Source of the DNA: a virus | Taxonomy: Duplodnaviria > Caudoviricetes | Virus record (IMG/VR): IMGVR_UViG_3300036770_002345 | Span: 1 to 52,517 of that record | DNA length: 52,517 bases | Strand: one strand, 5' to 3' | In this document: piece after piece, positions 43,476 to 52,517 of the stretch | How the letters are laid out: every line of letters begins with the position of its first letter | Position numbering within the stretch: the first letter of the stretch is position 1 | Notes under the pieces: generated by a model | Databases searched by the model: none | Told to the model about the DNA's origin: nothing | The model's input: the letters and a program-made list of their open reading frames with translations, nothing else | Position numbers and translations under genes: made by a program

Positions 43476-45530
43476 TTACTGCCCTCTGTTAACTTCGGTG
43501 ACTGTAAATCTGCTGGCGTTAGCGCGGCCTCCACCTGTGTTCACAGCAAATGATTCTGGCTCAAGCATCATTGCCATATCACGAACCCTTCTTGCAAATT
43601 CCTCATCAGAAACTTCTTCGCCCGTTGATTCAAGATAGGATCTCAAATACTGCGAGGCTTGCTGCAATGCGCTGGTTCTTGCGGCTCTCATGGAGTTAGC
43701 GTCTGTCCTTCCTTGACGCGCATTCTCCCGATTCTCTCTAGCCAATGCCGTTTGATAAGTCGCCATAATTTGGGCAGCAGCCAATTGATCGCTACGGCTG
43801 GCCTTGTCTTCACCAGAAACAATGTTGGCAATGTTGCCAAGGGTTTCACTCCTCAACCTCATTGCGTCTATGGCGCTTTGACGCTCTTGCTGAGCGGCTT
43901 GCAACTGCAACTGTTCAGCGGTGCGGCCCTCGACAGCGGCCTCTCTACGGCCCTCTGCTAAGGTTCCCATGGCAGTTTGGGTAGCCCGCCTTAATCCTTC
44001 CGCAGCGTCCCCACTCATCACCCCCGAACCAAGGTTCATCAAGGTTCCAGCAATCGCCATACGGCGAGCTTCATCTCTGGCTTCTTGTTGACGCTGTTGT
44101 GCAGACTGAATGAACGGAGAAAGGTCAACAGGTTTCGGTATCCCTTGTTCCATGATTTGCCTTTGCATGTCCATGAACTGCTGCATCTCTGGCGACCGCT
44201 CTCGTCTAAGAGCGCCACTCAAAAGAGATTCGAAAGACATGCCTGAAGGGCGTGGGGTGGCATCCGGAGGGAGGGTCCCCAATGCCTCACCGGCATCGGC
44301 AATCCCTCCCGGGGGAACATCAGAGACAGCTTGCCGATTAGCTGGCGGTACATTGCTGGCAATGTTACCCGCACTATCCCGGGGAACTCTCGGCATAATC
44401 GTTGGTAAATTTTGATCTGTCATAGCCGCACGATTCGCAGCTAAGAAATCAAAGTTTGCCGGGATATCTTGTTGAACTGTTGGTCCAGCAGACTGCGCCA
44501 CTGCGGCTTCCATAGGGGGAGGAGTTGCCGTTGGCGGGGTGTATTGAGTACCCCCTAATGCCCTATAAATGCGTTCGTTTAATGCACCCGTTCTCGGGTC
44601 ATTCGCAATTTGCTCATCACTTAAACGATACGCGCCATCGGTAATCCTTGAGCGTATGAAGGGTGATGCAAGTGCAGCGTTTAACTGGCTTGTGGACATC
44701 CCAAATAATGGGGTTGCCCTTTCAGGATCTTGTTGGCGTCGAGTTAAGGTATAACCCGCAGCACGAAGCATTTCGTTTTCTTCTGGCGTTCTTGCAAACG
44801 GCCCCTTTTTAAGGATGTTTTGAATTTGTCTTTCAGAAGGAGCGGATGGTCCTTGCTGACTAACCGCAGCAGACGAACTTTCCGCAGGAGAGCCTTCTGG
44901 GTTGATTAAACTCGTTGCCGTATCCCTAAATCCACGACCAGTGGTTCCTTGATTCATCAACCTAAATGCAGCGCCTATTGATCTCCAGTTTTCTATCGGA
45001 GAAAAAGGGCCAGTATTTTCAAGCATCAACGCACTTAGTTGCTCCGAAGCGGCTTTTGCAGTTTCCGTGTCGCCGTTTATCAAAGCCTGTTGACGTATTA
45101 ACTCTAGTTGCCTAATGGGATCGCCTTGCCCAGACATGACGCCCGGGTAAGTCATTCCCGGAACCGTTCTTCCAGTTTGCATACGAACGATGCCACCGGG
45201 GGTGAGTCCACCCTGAGCCATGCTCATGGGAGGCATCGGCGCACCGGTCATCGGTTGCTGCATTGGCGCACCCGGAGGGGCTGCACCCGGAGGCGCTCCA
45301 CCCGGAGGAGGACCCCCCGCAGCAGCGATACCGCCTTGTAGAACCTTGTCCTTAATGGTGGGTTCCGCCCCCTGTTGTTGGGCTTGGAACCGCTGACGCA
45401 TGTCCTGACGGCGCTGGACCTCAGAGATCGTTAGATACTGAGGGATCTGGGGAGGAGGATTTTGGGCGTATTGGAAAAGGACTTCATCGGGCAGTCCTTT
45501 GACCATGTCCTCTGCTTCGAGAATGTTCAT
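43476..45530 (-). CDS. putative ejection/internal virion protein
   Basis: 684 aa; Pro/Gln/Ala-rich; MAQGG motif; C-terminal helices; synteny. Confidence 0.7.
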   Translation of the reverse strand: MNILEAEDMVKGLPDEVLFQYAQNPPPQIPQYLTISEVQRRQDMRQRFQAQQQGAEPTIKDKVLQGGIAAAGGPPPGGAPPGAAPPGAPMQQPMTGAPMPPMSMAQGGLTPGGIVRMQTGRTVPGMTYPGVMSGQGDPIRQLELIRQQALINGDTETAKAASEQLSALMLENTGPFSPIENWRSIGAAFRLMNQGTTGRGFRDTATSLINPEGSPAESSSAAVSQQGPSAPSERQIQNILKKGPFARTPEENEMLRAAGYTLTRRQQDPERATPLFGMSTSQLNAALASPFIRSRITDGAYRLSDEQIANDPRTGALNERIYRALGGTQYTPPTATPPPMEAAVAQSAGPTVQQDIPANFDFLAANRAAMTDQNLPTIMPRVPRDSAGNIASNVPPANRQAVSDVPPGGIADAGEALGTLPPDATPRPSGMSFESLLSGALRRERSPEMQQFMDMQRQIMEQGIPKPVDLSPFIQSAQQRQQEARDEARRMAIAGTLMNLGSGVMSGDAAEGLRRATQTAMGTLAEGRREAAVEGRTAEQLQLQAAQQERQSAIDAMRLRSETLGNIANIVSGEDKASRSDQLAAAQIMATYQTALARENRENARQGRTDANSMRAARTSALQQASQYLRSYLESTGEEVSDEEFARRVRDMAMMLEPESFAVNTGGGRANASRFTVTEVNRGQ

Positions 45531-45533
45531 CGT

Positions 45534-47087
45534 TTAACCCCTGCCTCCGCCGAAGGCTTGATAGAGACCCAAGGCTCCTAAGCCACCGCCAAGAACTTGT
45601 TCTCCGGCTGACGGAACTCTACCAAATGTGGAGACGGTGCTGCCGGGTTGAATCGGAACACCTTGCAAGAGATTGCTGAGGTAACCCAACTGTTCCCGTC
45701 CATAAGCCTGTTGACGCAAGAAGTCTTCGTAGCCGATATCCAAGCCACGCTGCATGAGACCTCGACGTTCTCCGCCCACACCCATCTGCGCGCCAAGGCG
45801 TTGAAGGTCCATCTCCTGCTGTCTTCCGCCCAAGCCACCCAGAAGTTCCGCAGCCGCCAATCGCTGGGCCATCCCTGCACGATCTGCGGCCAGTCCTTCC
45901 AATCCCAACAACGCCCTCTGGCGCTGCTGTTCGATGTTGAATTGCTGAGCCTGCATCTGGAACTGTTGCTGAGCTTGACGGGCTGCATCGGTCTGCTGCT
46001 GCGCCGAAAGACCCATCTCTGCCGCTCTCTGTCGGGCTTGTTCCCCGGCCTGTTGAGCTTGCATTGCGATGTTGGCCGCGAACTGACGCTCTTGACCGCC
46101 CATCTGAAAGGCGCTTTGACGGAACTGCTCTTGTGCTTGACGAGCCGCTTCGTTCTGCTGTTGAGCGGTCATGCCCATCTCTGCGGCACGTTGACGCGCT
46201 TGCTCTCCCGCCTGCTGGGCTTGGAAGTTCATGGCACCTGCTTGTTGACGAGCCGCTTCCTGTGCTTGGAATGCTCCTAAACCAAACTGAGCCTGTTGGA
46301 GACGGGCTGCGCGATCTGCTTCGAACCCTGCGCGAGCTTGTTCAAATGCCGCCTGTGATCCACGGGCTTGGATGTCACCTAACTGTTGACCCAAGTTCCG
46401 TTGACGCTCAGCTTCGAGAAGCGCAGAACGGGTGCCACCTAAGGCCCCGGCACGGGCAGCTTCTGCGCCCATAGTGGGACGCTGTAACTCTGACGCACGA
46501 ACCGCTTCCCGCTTTTGAACATCCGTTACAGCCTGCTGATAAGGCGACATGTAGGACTCAATAGCTCCGGGAGCCGCTAAAGACCCCGCCTCGAAGCGTT
46601 CACCCAAGGTTCCTGCCTGATAGCCGGGTGTAAACGTACCGGCTTGGTATCCCGGGGTAATCGTCCCTGCCTGATATTGGTTCTGGAAGTTTTGCGCTTG
46701 GAACCCCGGCTGGAATTGTCCGGGCGTATATCCGGTTTGGAACTGAGTCGCCTGATAGGTGGGCGTCACCGCTCCCGGTTGGAACTGCCCTGCGATGTCC
46801 ATGCCAGATGGCATCCCCGCATAACCCACCCGGGCCGCGATATCACTCGCCATGCCCACTTGCTCAGGGCGTTGTAGGCCCATGATGTTTTGCTGAGCGT
46901 AGGTTTCCTCAGGAGAAAACTGCGCCAGACGCTGACCGCTATAAGGCTGATACGGACGCGCACTCTCAAAGAGGCCCCGTTGCAGGACCTGCTCGAAGTA
47001 CGGCTGAACGTAAGCCGGAAGACTTGTCTGGGTTACCGTTGAGGTAACTTGTTGTGGACTACCGCCACCACCGCCGCCGCTGCTCAT
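45534..47087 (-). CDS. putative DNA transfer (ejection) protein, Gln-rich
   Basis: LP.YVQPY...YQPY.GQRLA, YMSPYQQAV...AGA.GG.R; internal repeats; Gly-rich hydrophobic C-terminus. Confidence 0.75.
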   Translation of the reverse strand: MSSGGGGGGSPQQVTSTVTQTSLPAYVQPYFEQVLQRGLFESARPYQPYSGQRLAQFSPEETYAQQNIMGLQRPEQVGMASDIAARVGYAGMPSGMDIAGQFQPGAVTPTYQATQFQTGYTPGQFQPGFQAQNFQNQYQAGTITPGYQAGTFTPGYQAGTLGERFEAGSLAAPGAIESYMSPYQQAVTDVQKREAVRASELQRPTMGAEAARAGALGGTRSALLEAERQRNLGQQLGDIQARGSQAAFEQARAGFEADRAARLQQAQFGLGAFQAQEAARQQAGAMNFQAQQAGEQARQRAAEMGMTAQQQNEAARQAQEQFRQSAFQMGGQERQFAANIAMQAQQAGEQARQRAAEMGLSAQQQTDAARQAQQQFQMQAQQFNIEQQRQRALLGLEGLAADRAGMAQRLAAAELLGGLGGRQQEMDLQRLGAQMGVGGERRGLMQRGLDIGYEDFLRQQAYGREQLGYLSNLLQGVPIQPGSTVSTFGRVPSAGEQVLGGGLGALGLYQAFGGGRG

Positions 47088-47527
47088 GTTGAGACCTCGT
47101 CAAAATGCTTTTCGTAAACTACTGTTTTTACTGAATATCCTTGCTTCTTGACATGCGGCTCCCACCCGGGGCGACCGAAGAACTCGATACCTTTACAGCC
47201 TGATTCTTTTGCAAACTGATCGGCTGTCATGTGCATCTTGTCCTCAATATGTTTCATGTGGTTCGGTGTCATCGCACAGTACTGAACCACAAACATTTTC
47301 TTCTGTGGATATTGCTTGATTTCTGTCATCACAAAACCATGGATGTCGTTGGTGTCAACGTCATACACGGCCCACAGTTGCATCTGTCCGGTCAATGCAA
47401 ACCGGACAATGTCATCAATGCTCGCTCGACCCATGGCCCAAAACTCTGATTCGTTTAAATAACGCATCAGAGCGGGGATCACATAGCTGATCTTTCCGTA
47501 GGGGACCAATGAGATTTCAAAGTTCAT
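47084..47527 (-). CDS. GNAT-fold-like morphogenesis protein
   Basis: QLW....TEI..YP....A...GC..IE..GRPGW; typical position just before podovirus ejection genes. Confidence 0.65.
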   Translation of the reverse strand: MNFEISLVPYGKISYVIPALMRYLNESEFWAMGRASIDDIVRFALTGQMQLWAVYDVDTNDIHGFVMTEIKQYPQKKMFVVQYCAMTPNHMKHIEDKMHMTADQFAKESGCKGIEFFGRPGWEPHVKKQGYSVKTVVYEKHFDEVST

Positions 47528-48705
47528 TAGTACCTAAACCCACCGCCGCCAAAGAACGATCCAAGTCCGCCCATGTTTAAATAAGGACTCGGAGAAATGC
47601 TTCGCATTGCAGCCATTTGGGCTTGCTGTTGATCATAAGGATTAATGGAGAACTGATCTCGTCCACTTCCTATTGGCATAGCAGGAAAACTTCCTACAAC
47701 GGAAGAATCAAAATACTGAAGATTGGGATCTCGCTTAACCGGAGCAGCGGGAGCATTGTTAGTTTGTTGCCCAAACAAACTTTGATAAAAATCTTGCAAC
47801 TTAGGATCATCGTACTGAACTCCTTTTTCTTTTAAGAAGTTAGCCGCCGCTTCTGCATCCCTTGCATCTCTTGCCGCTGACTGTTCTGGACTAATCAGTT
47901 GCATACTGTACATTGGCTGACTCCACCCTTCTTTAGCCGCTAATTGCTGAAGAGCGATGTTTCTTTGCCGACTGTCAAAAGAAGACTGAGCAGGAGACTG
48001 CATCGGCGGAATCACTTGCCCGCCCATGTCGGGTGCGGGCTTGCCGCCGCCGGTTTGTCGTTCTTGAAATTGCCTTAATGAACTTTCGCGGCGCATTCTT
48101 TCAAATTCAGGGCTACCACCGATTCCAATGGTTTGTGGTTCAAAGTATTGATTTTGATTCCACAAATTAATACCACCGCCACCGCCAATGGTCATGGTGT
48201 CATCGTTACCGCTTGGTGTCTGAGGACGGCCCATCAAAGGCTGAACATAAGCATTGCCCGGTCCCTGCTGCCGGGGAGGCTGATAGTTAAACTGTTGTTG
48301 TGGGGGCTGGTAGGACTGGTATCCACCAAACGGCATGGGGCTATAGCCGCCAAACAAACTACCCAATCCCATACCGAAACTGCTACCGAGTCCACCAAAG
48401 CTATTGCCGAATCCACCGCCAAAGCCGCCACCAAATCCACCAAAGGGTTGGCCGAATCCATAGCCACCCATGAAAGGATTGATAAAAGAAGGCTGTTGAA
48501 ATTGACGGGCAAATCCGAAGCTGCGATCTATCTGTGGGCCAGTGGATCTTTGTTGGCCTTCATCGCGATCATCGATACCATTGTTATTGGAATCTTGAAA
48601 ATCAGCGGTCCTCATTACAGGTTCTGAGGGTTGATCGGAAGTGAGTGGACTGTTCCCAGTGCCACCACTTGCTTGAGGCGGGTTAAACGAGCCGCCCGCT
48701 GACAT
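47527..48705 (-). CDS. low-complexity Gly/Phe/Gln-rich protein
   Basis: GGFG repeats, Q/P tracts, DSNNNGIDDRDE; TAATG-coupled at both ends. Confidence 0.6.
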   Translation of the reverse strand: MSAGGSFNPPQASGGTGNSPLTSDQPSEPVMRTADFQDSNNNGIDDRDEGQQRSTGPQIDRSFGFARQFQQPSFINPFMGGYGFGQPFGGFGGGFGGGFGNSFGGLGSSFGMGLGSLFGGYSPMPFGGYQSYQPPQQQFNYQPPRQQGPGNAYVQPLMGRPQTPSGNDDTMTIGGGGGINLWNQNQYFEPQTIGIGGSPEFERMRRESSLRQFQERQTGGGKPAPDMGGQVIPPMQSPAQSSFDSRQRNIALQQLAAKEGWSQPMYSMQLISPEQSAARDARDAEAAANFLKEKGVQYDDPKLQDFYQSLFGQQTNNAPAAPVKRDPNLQYFDSSVVGSFPAMPIGSGRDQFSINPYDQQQAQMAAMRSISPSPYLNMGGLGSFFGGGGFRY

Positions 48706-51257
48706 TACATTCCCCTCCCTTGATAGGGACGAACCTGTTCCGTGGTCCCCATGGTTCTTTGTCGGATGTCATCCACTAAACCATCGAAGAACTTAGCGCC
48801 ATCTCCCGAGTAGCCGCCGCCTGCCAAAGCTACCGCATCGGCTGGGATGATGTATTCACCGGGCGATACCGCTACAGGACGTTGGGAACCAATCATTCCC
48901 TCGACCATATCGTCTTGTCCGCCGCCCATGCCTTCGACCATACCCTCGGTCTGTGCGTTGGGAACGATGTCTTGAAGCACTTGCTCACGCAGTTGCATGA
49001 ATGCTTCGGAGCCATACTGATCCACAAAGGCACTGATGATTTCATCGGCGTTTTCGATTTCACCGCGAATGGCTGCGACCGTCATCATGACAAGTTCATC
49101 TTGAGGAGCCATGTCCGATTGCATCGGGTTCATGTCGCCTTCCATCGGGGTCATGCCACCTTCGGCAAAACCAAATCGCCCGCTTGGCATCCCGCGCATT
49201 TCAGCAAGAAATTCTTCGTAGTCGAATGCAGGCTGCGCCATTTCACGATCAATGGATGGTGAGAGTTCAGCGCGTGATGGCATCGGAGCATTCATCTGAC
49301 GCGATGCCACCAAGTCTGCAATGCCACCGGAAGGCATCTGCGGCGTAGCAATCAACTCTGCAAAGTTATCATTGAAACCCGGGGGTACCGGTTCAGGTAA
49401 TGGGCGAGCGACGAAAGAATCTTCAATTCTGCCCATGCCCGGAGGAATCTGCGGTGCAGGCATTTGAGGCGGGGGAGGCTGAGTAGACATCCTGTCAAAG
49501 GTTTCCCGCAATAAATCTAAAGTGGGCTGGTTAGACGGCAAATCCTCAAACCCTTCCGCTCTTCGAGCAGACAGTGGATTGACTGGCGGACGGGTTGGCT
49601 CAGGCTGGACGGTGGGCGGTAAAGCGGGAGATATTCCACCCATCATGCTCGGATTGAATCCCGGCCCAAACATCGACAGATCAACCCCTGAGAAATCAGG
49701 CATTGTTTCCATAGAGGGCGGGAGAGGTGTCGGTGTTCCGGGGGATGTAGGTGCAGGTTGCGCGGCATCCGGAGAGTACTGACTCAAGAACTCCTCAAGG
49801 TTCCCAAAGTCCATCCCCGGCATTCCGCCGGGAATGTAGGTGCCAGTGCGTTCATCGAAGTTGGGGGTGCCACCCGCAAAGACATCACGCTCCATCGAGG
49901 GGCTGATGAAATCTACTTGTCCTTCTTGGGTCGGGGGCATACCTGCGCCACCGCCAAAAAGATCCATGTAGTTACGATATCCGCCACGTTGATTAAGGAA
50001 GCCTTCGAAATCAAAGTTGGGATCGAAGTAGCCACCACCTACAATGTCACCACCACCGGGCAATGTACCGGGGTCTACGGCAGCGGGAGGAGGCGGAGTT
50101 GGTTCTCGGAAATACTGGAATTCACCCGAGATACCCGGCAAGTACCCTTCTCCACCCACATCTAATGCGGCATAAGACGCTGCTGGGGGCGGAACATACT
50201 CTGCCCCACGCAGAGCTAACTGAACATTCTCCGCATCAGGCATCGCGTTATAGCCGCCTTGGTTCAATGCATTGCGAAGCTGGTTCTCGATATCGCCGCC
50301 GTTGAAATACCCTTCGACTTGACCGCCTCGGGCATAGCCAATGTTGGGATAGGCAGAGCGAACTTGGTTAAACACATTGCTCATTTGGGCTAGTGTCTTA
50401 CGTCTCTCGGCGTCCTGCTGTTCTTGGTAGTCCCTCATGCTGCCACGACCGGCCTGTTCCATTTCACGGGCCATGCGGCCTGTTTCTCCCACATAAGCAG
50501 GAAGGAAAGTTCCGGGGGACGTAAGTTGGCCCAAGAAAGCGCCGGGTTCTTGGAAGGGAGCGGAAAGGCGTTGACCGACAGTGAGATCTCTAGCAGTAGG
50601 CGCTGCGGCTGCGGTCGTTCCTGTAGAAGATAAAGGAGCCTGTAGCCCCTGACTGAGCAGGTCCAACCGATCAGACATGGGAAGGAAACTTTCCATTGGA
50701 GCCGTTGCCATAGGCCCCATGCTTGGGCCTGCTCCCATCCCAGTTGTTAATGAGATGTCTCCAACACCGGTAGGAGTAATTGTTTGGGCTGCTTGAGTGG
50801 CCGCATCGGTGACGCCTTGAGTCGCAGCTTCAGTGGCAGCGTTAGCGCCAGTCTTAGACAGCGCATCGCCTGCTGCACCAAATGCCTGACCTAGTCCGAA
50901 TCCGGTGATGCCTGACAGAATGCCCTGCTCCAAATCACCTGTAGCGGCGGCAGTAGCGAGACCTGATCCGATTGCCCCGGCTGCGGCGGAACTCAGTCCG
51001 GCTGCGCCAAGAACACCAGCGCCTGCGCCTGTCAAAAGGGATGTCCCAAGGAACGATCCCAATAGGGGGGCGAGGAAAGGCAGGAAGGCTTCGGGTTGTC
51101 CGGTCTGGGGGTTGCGAGTTAACTGCCCGGTCGGTGACAAACGGGACAGCATCTGAACCTCAATCGGGTTCATGTGTACAAGCTGTGAGTCACCGAAGCG
51201 CCCGTACTGGGCAAGTTGGTTTGCGACTCCTTGATATGGCGGGTTATTCATGGTCAC
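48705..51257 (-). CDS. putative internal virion/ejection protein
   Basis: GRFGD..LVHM.P.E...NP.TG.PEAF then a Gly/Ala hydrophobic segment; C-terminal G.GGG.DD....S.GEYIIPADAV. Confidence 0.75.
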   Translation of the reverse strand: MTMNNPPYQGVANQLAQYGRFGDSQLVHMNPIEVQMLSRLSPTGQLTRNPQTGQPEAFLPFLAPLLGSFLGTSLLTGAGAGVLGAAGLSSAAAGAIGSGLATAAATGDLEQGILSGITGFGLGQAFGAAGDALSKTGANAATEAATQGVTDAATQAAQTITPTGVGDISLTTGMGAGPSMGPMATAPMESFLPMSDRLDLLSQGLQAPLSSTGTTAAAAPTARDLTVGQRLSAPFQEPGAFLGQLTSPGTFLPAYVGETGRMAREMEQAGRGSMRDYQEQQDAERRKTLAQMSNVFNQVRSAYPNIGYARGGQVEGYFNGGDIENQLRNALNQGGYNAMPDAENVQLALRGAEYVPPPAASYAALDVGGEGYLPGISGEFQYFREPTPPPPAAVDPGTLPGGGDIVGGGYFDPNFDFEGFLNQRGGYRNYMDLFGGGAGMPPTQEGQVDFISPSMERDVFAGGTPNFDERTGTYIPGGMPGMDFGNLEEFLSQYSPDAAQPAPTSPGTPTPLPPSMETMPDFSGVDLSMFGPGFNPSMMGGISPALPPTVQPEPTRPPVNPLSARRAEGFEDLPSNQPTLDLLRETFDRMSTQPPPPQMPAPQIPPGMGRIEDSFVARPLPEPVPPGFNDNFAELIATPQMPSGGIADLVASRQMNAPMPSRAELSPSIDREMAQPAFDYEEFLAEMRGMPSGRFGFAEGGMTPMEGDMNPMQSDMAPQDELVMMTVAAIRGEIENADEIISAFVDQYGSEAFMQLREQVLQDIVPNAQTEGMVEGMGGGQDDMVEGMIGSQRPVAVSPGEYIIPADAVALAGGGYSGDGAKFFDGLVDDIRQRTMGTTEQVRPYQGRGM

Positions 51258-51332
51258 TCCGGGGAGCCACGGCTCTATGGATTCTGGGATAACAGCGTTT
51301 AAATTTCAATGAGATAAAGGGTTGACAAGTCA

Positions 51333-51935
51333 TCATATAGATCCCGCCTCGTAGTTAGAGATCCAGTTGACGGTCAAGATGATGGAAGGAATACCGGGAT
51401 AATTACTGGCAGGCGCTTGGGCCAAGATGATGAGATCAGTGTCGTTGGACTGCCATGCCAATTCAAAATAGTCCCCGGCCTGCACGACAAGAAGAAAGTT
51501 CCACGCAGCCACCACTTCATCTGTGGAACCTTGGATGACTACCTTCGTTGTGCTGTCTGGAACATTGACTCCGTTAATGCGAGGCCATATGAAAATACTT
51601 GCCTTGCCACCTGCTGTTTTATCTAGCTGAACCGAGAACTGAAAGTTATACAGCCCAGCGTTGGCAAGATAGATTTTAGAGGTTGGCTTGCCCCGTTCAA
51701 TCTGAAACTCAGAGGTCACTGAGTTATAGGTAAACAGATTAACAGTGTCGGCTACCGGATTAGTTTGGGTGGTGGTGTCGTAGTACGAGGCATGAGGAAT
51801 GGGTGAATTCAGTTCGTTCGTGATGCTGTTAAAGAACAGCCGCAAGGTGTTGGCAAATTGATCCTGATATCGCCTTTCGTAATTGGGTGGGGCGACTGGA
51901 AGGTTCGGAGGAGCAACGCCAAAAACCACTCCCAT
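51333..51935 (-). CDS. tail-associated structural protein
   Basis: P.LP..P..Y...LRLFFN N-terminus, then a beta-rich domain (G.YNFQFS.QL). Confidence 0.6.
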   Translation of the reverse strand: MGVVFGVAPPNLPVAPPNYERRYQDQFANTLRLFFNSITNELNSPIPHASYYDTTTQTNPVADTVNLFTYNSVTSEFQIERGKPTSKIYLANAGLYNFQFSVQLDKTAGGKASIFIWPRINGVNVPDSTTKVVIQGSTDEVVAAWNFLLVVQAGDYFELAWQSNDTDLIILAQAPASNYPGIPSIILTVNWISNYEAGSI

Positions 51936-52517
51936 CAGCGTCTCCCGTCTGGTCTAATGTCTAAACGCATCGCACCCATCTGCCATGCCACACCTAAATC
52001 AGATGAGGTCACCCGAAGAGCTAACTGCCTACCTCGGATGCGGGTATAGACCTGCTCGGTATATCGCTCTATCGGCAACACCGAAGTCGCCTGCACTGTC
52101 TCGACATCCGCAGTTCCGTATGCGGCACCGGGATAGTTGTGCGGGAAAAGACTCAAAGTTACCGCTGGGGTATTGGTGCTTGACCCCAAGAACTTAACGT
52201 CCGGAATGATTCGAGAGACAAAACTAAACTGATCACCATCCGCGATGTCAAAGTCCGAAGTCTGGATAAACGCAGTAATTGGTTGCGGAACCCCAGTGGA
52301 AACATCATCCCAGCCAATCTCATGGAAGGCCACTTGATTGGGTGCATTCATGGTTACAGAAGAATAGATGCTGTGAGAGGCTGCGGTCGTAGAGTTCACA
52401 CCTCGAACACAGCCCGTCAAAGAGTTACCACTGACGCCTGTGTAAGTAATCTCTTCGCTCCCAATGATGATGGTTCCGAAGATCGGGAACGTCGAAGCAT
52501 TGAGCAACGAAATTGTG
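51935..52517 (-). CDS. tail nozzle/stabilisation protein, C-terminal part (5' end beyond the window)
   Basis: HE.G.D...S.DFDI.DGD.F....RIIPD...R.RGRQ......W..G..RLD.RPDGRR. Confidence 0.75.
   Translation of the reverse strand, partial: TISLLNASTFPIFGTIIIGSEEITYTGVSGNSLTGCVRGVNSTTAASHSIYSSVTMNAPNQVAFHEIGWDDVSTGVPQPITAFIQTSDFDIADGDQFSFVSRIIPDVKFLGSSTNTPAVTLSLFPHNYPGAAYGTADVETVQATSVLPIERYTEQVYTRIRGRQLALRVTSSDLGVAWQMGAMRLDIRPDGRR

Noticed and set aside
1-52517. Stop-codon recoding, tRNA genes, integrase/att site or DGR
   Set aside because: Genes read intact in the standard code with all three stops used; no cloverleaf, recombinase or reverse transcriptase recognised by eye

Overview
Most of the genome of a tailed dsDNA phage, probably podovirus-like with a proteobacterial host (inferred from sigma70-type promoters); it reads as a slice of a circularly permuted genome. 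The minus-strand late region (1-15256 and 33542-52517) encodes TerS, TerL, portal, a GroES homologue, scaffold, major capsid, small basic proteins, adaptor/tail proteins and ejection proteins. One of these is a 3209-aa polyvalent protein with a zincin motif and tandem ADP-ribosyltransferase-like domains. The plus-strand early region (about 15430-22090) has many small ORFs and a SprT/MoxR/VWA-like trio. The middle region carries primase-helicase, RusA, an exonuclease, a Sak-like annealase, SSB, glycosyltransferases, FkbM and NinB. I saw no integrase, DNA or RNA polymerase, reverse transcriptase, tRNA or CRISPR array. The clearest unexplained structure is RNA-based: three covarying type II hammerhead ribozymes each follow a stop codon in the early operon. 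They would cut the transcript into 5'-OH/2',3'-cyclic-phosphate units, one of which could refold into a chimeric hammerhead and circularise. Other candidates are structured non-coding leaders, an anti-Shine-Dalgarno sRNA, repeated linker motifs and overprinted ORFs in the giant protein, and an excess of GTTTAAAC. All calls are by eye; no searches or folding programs were run.
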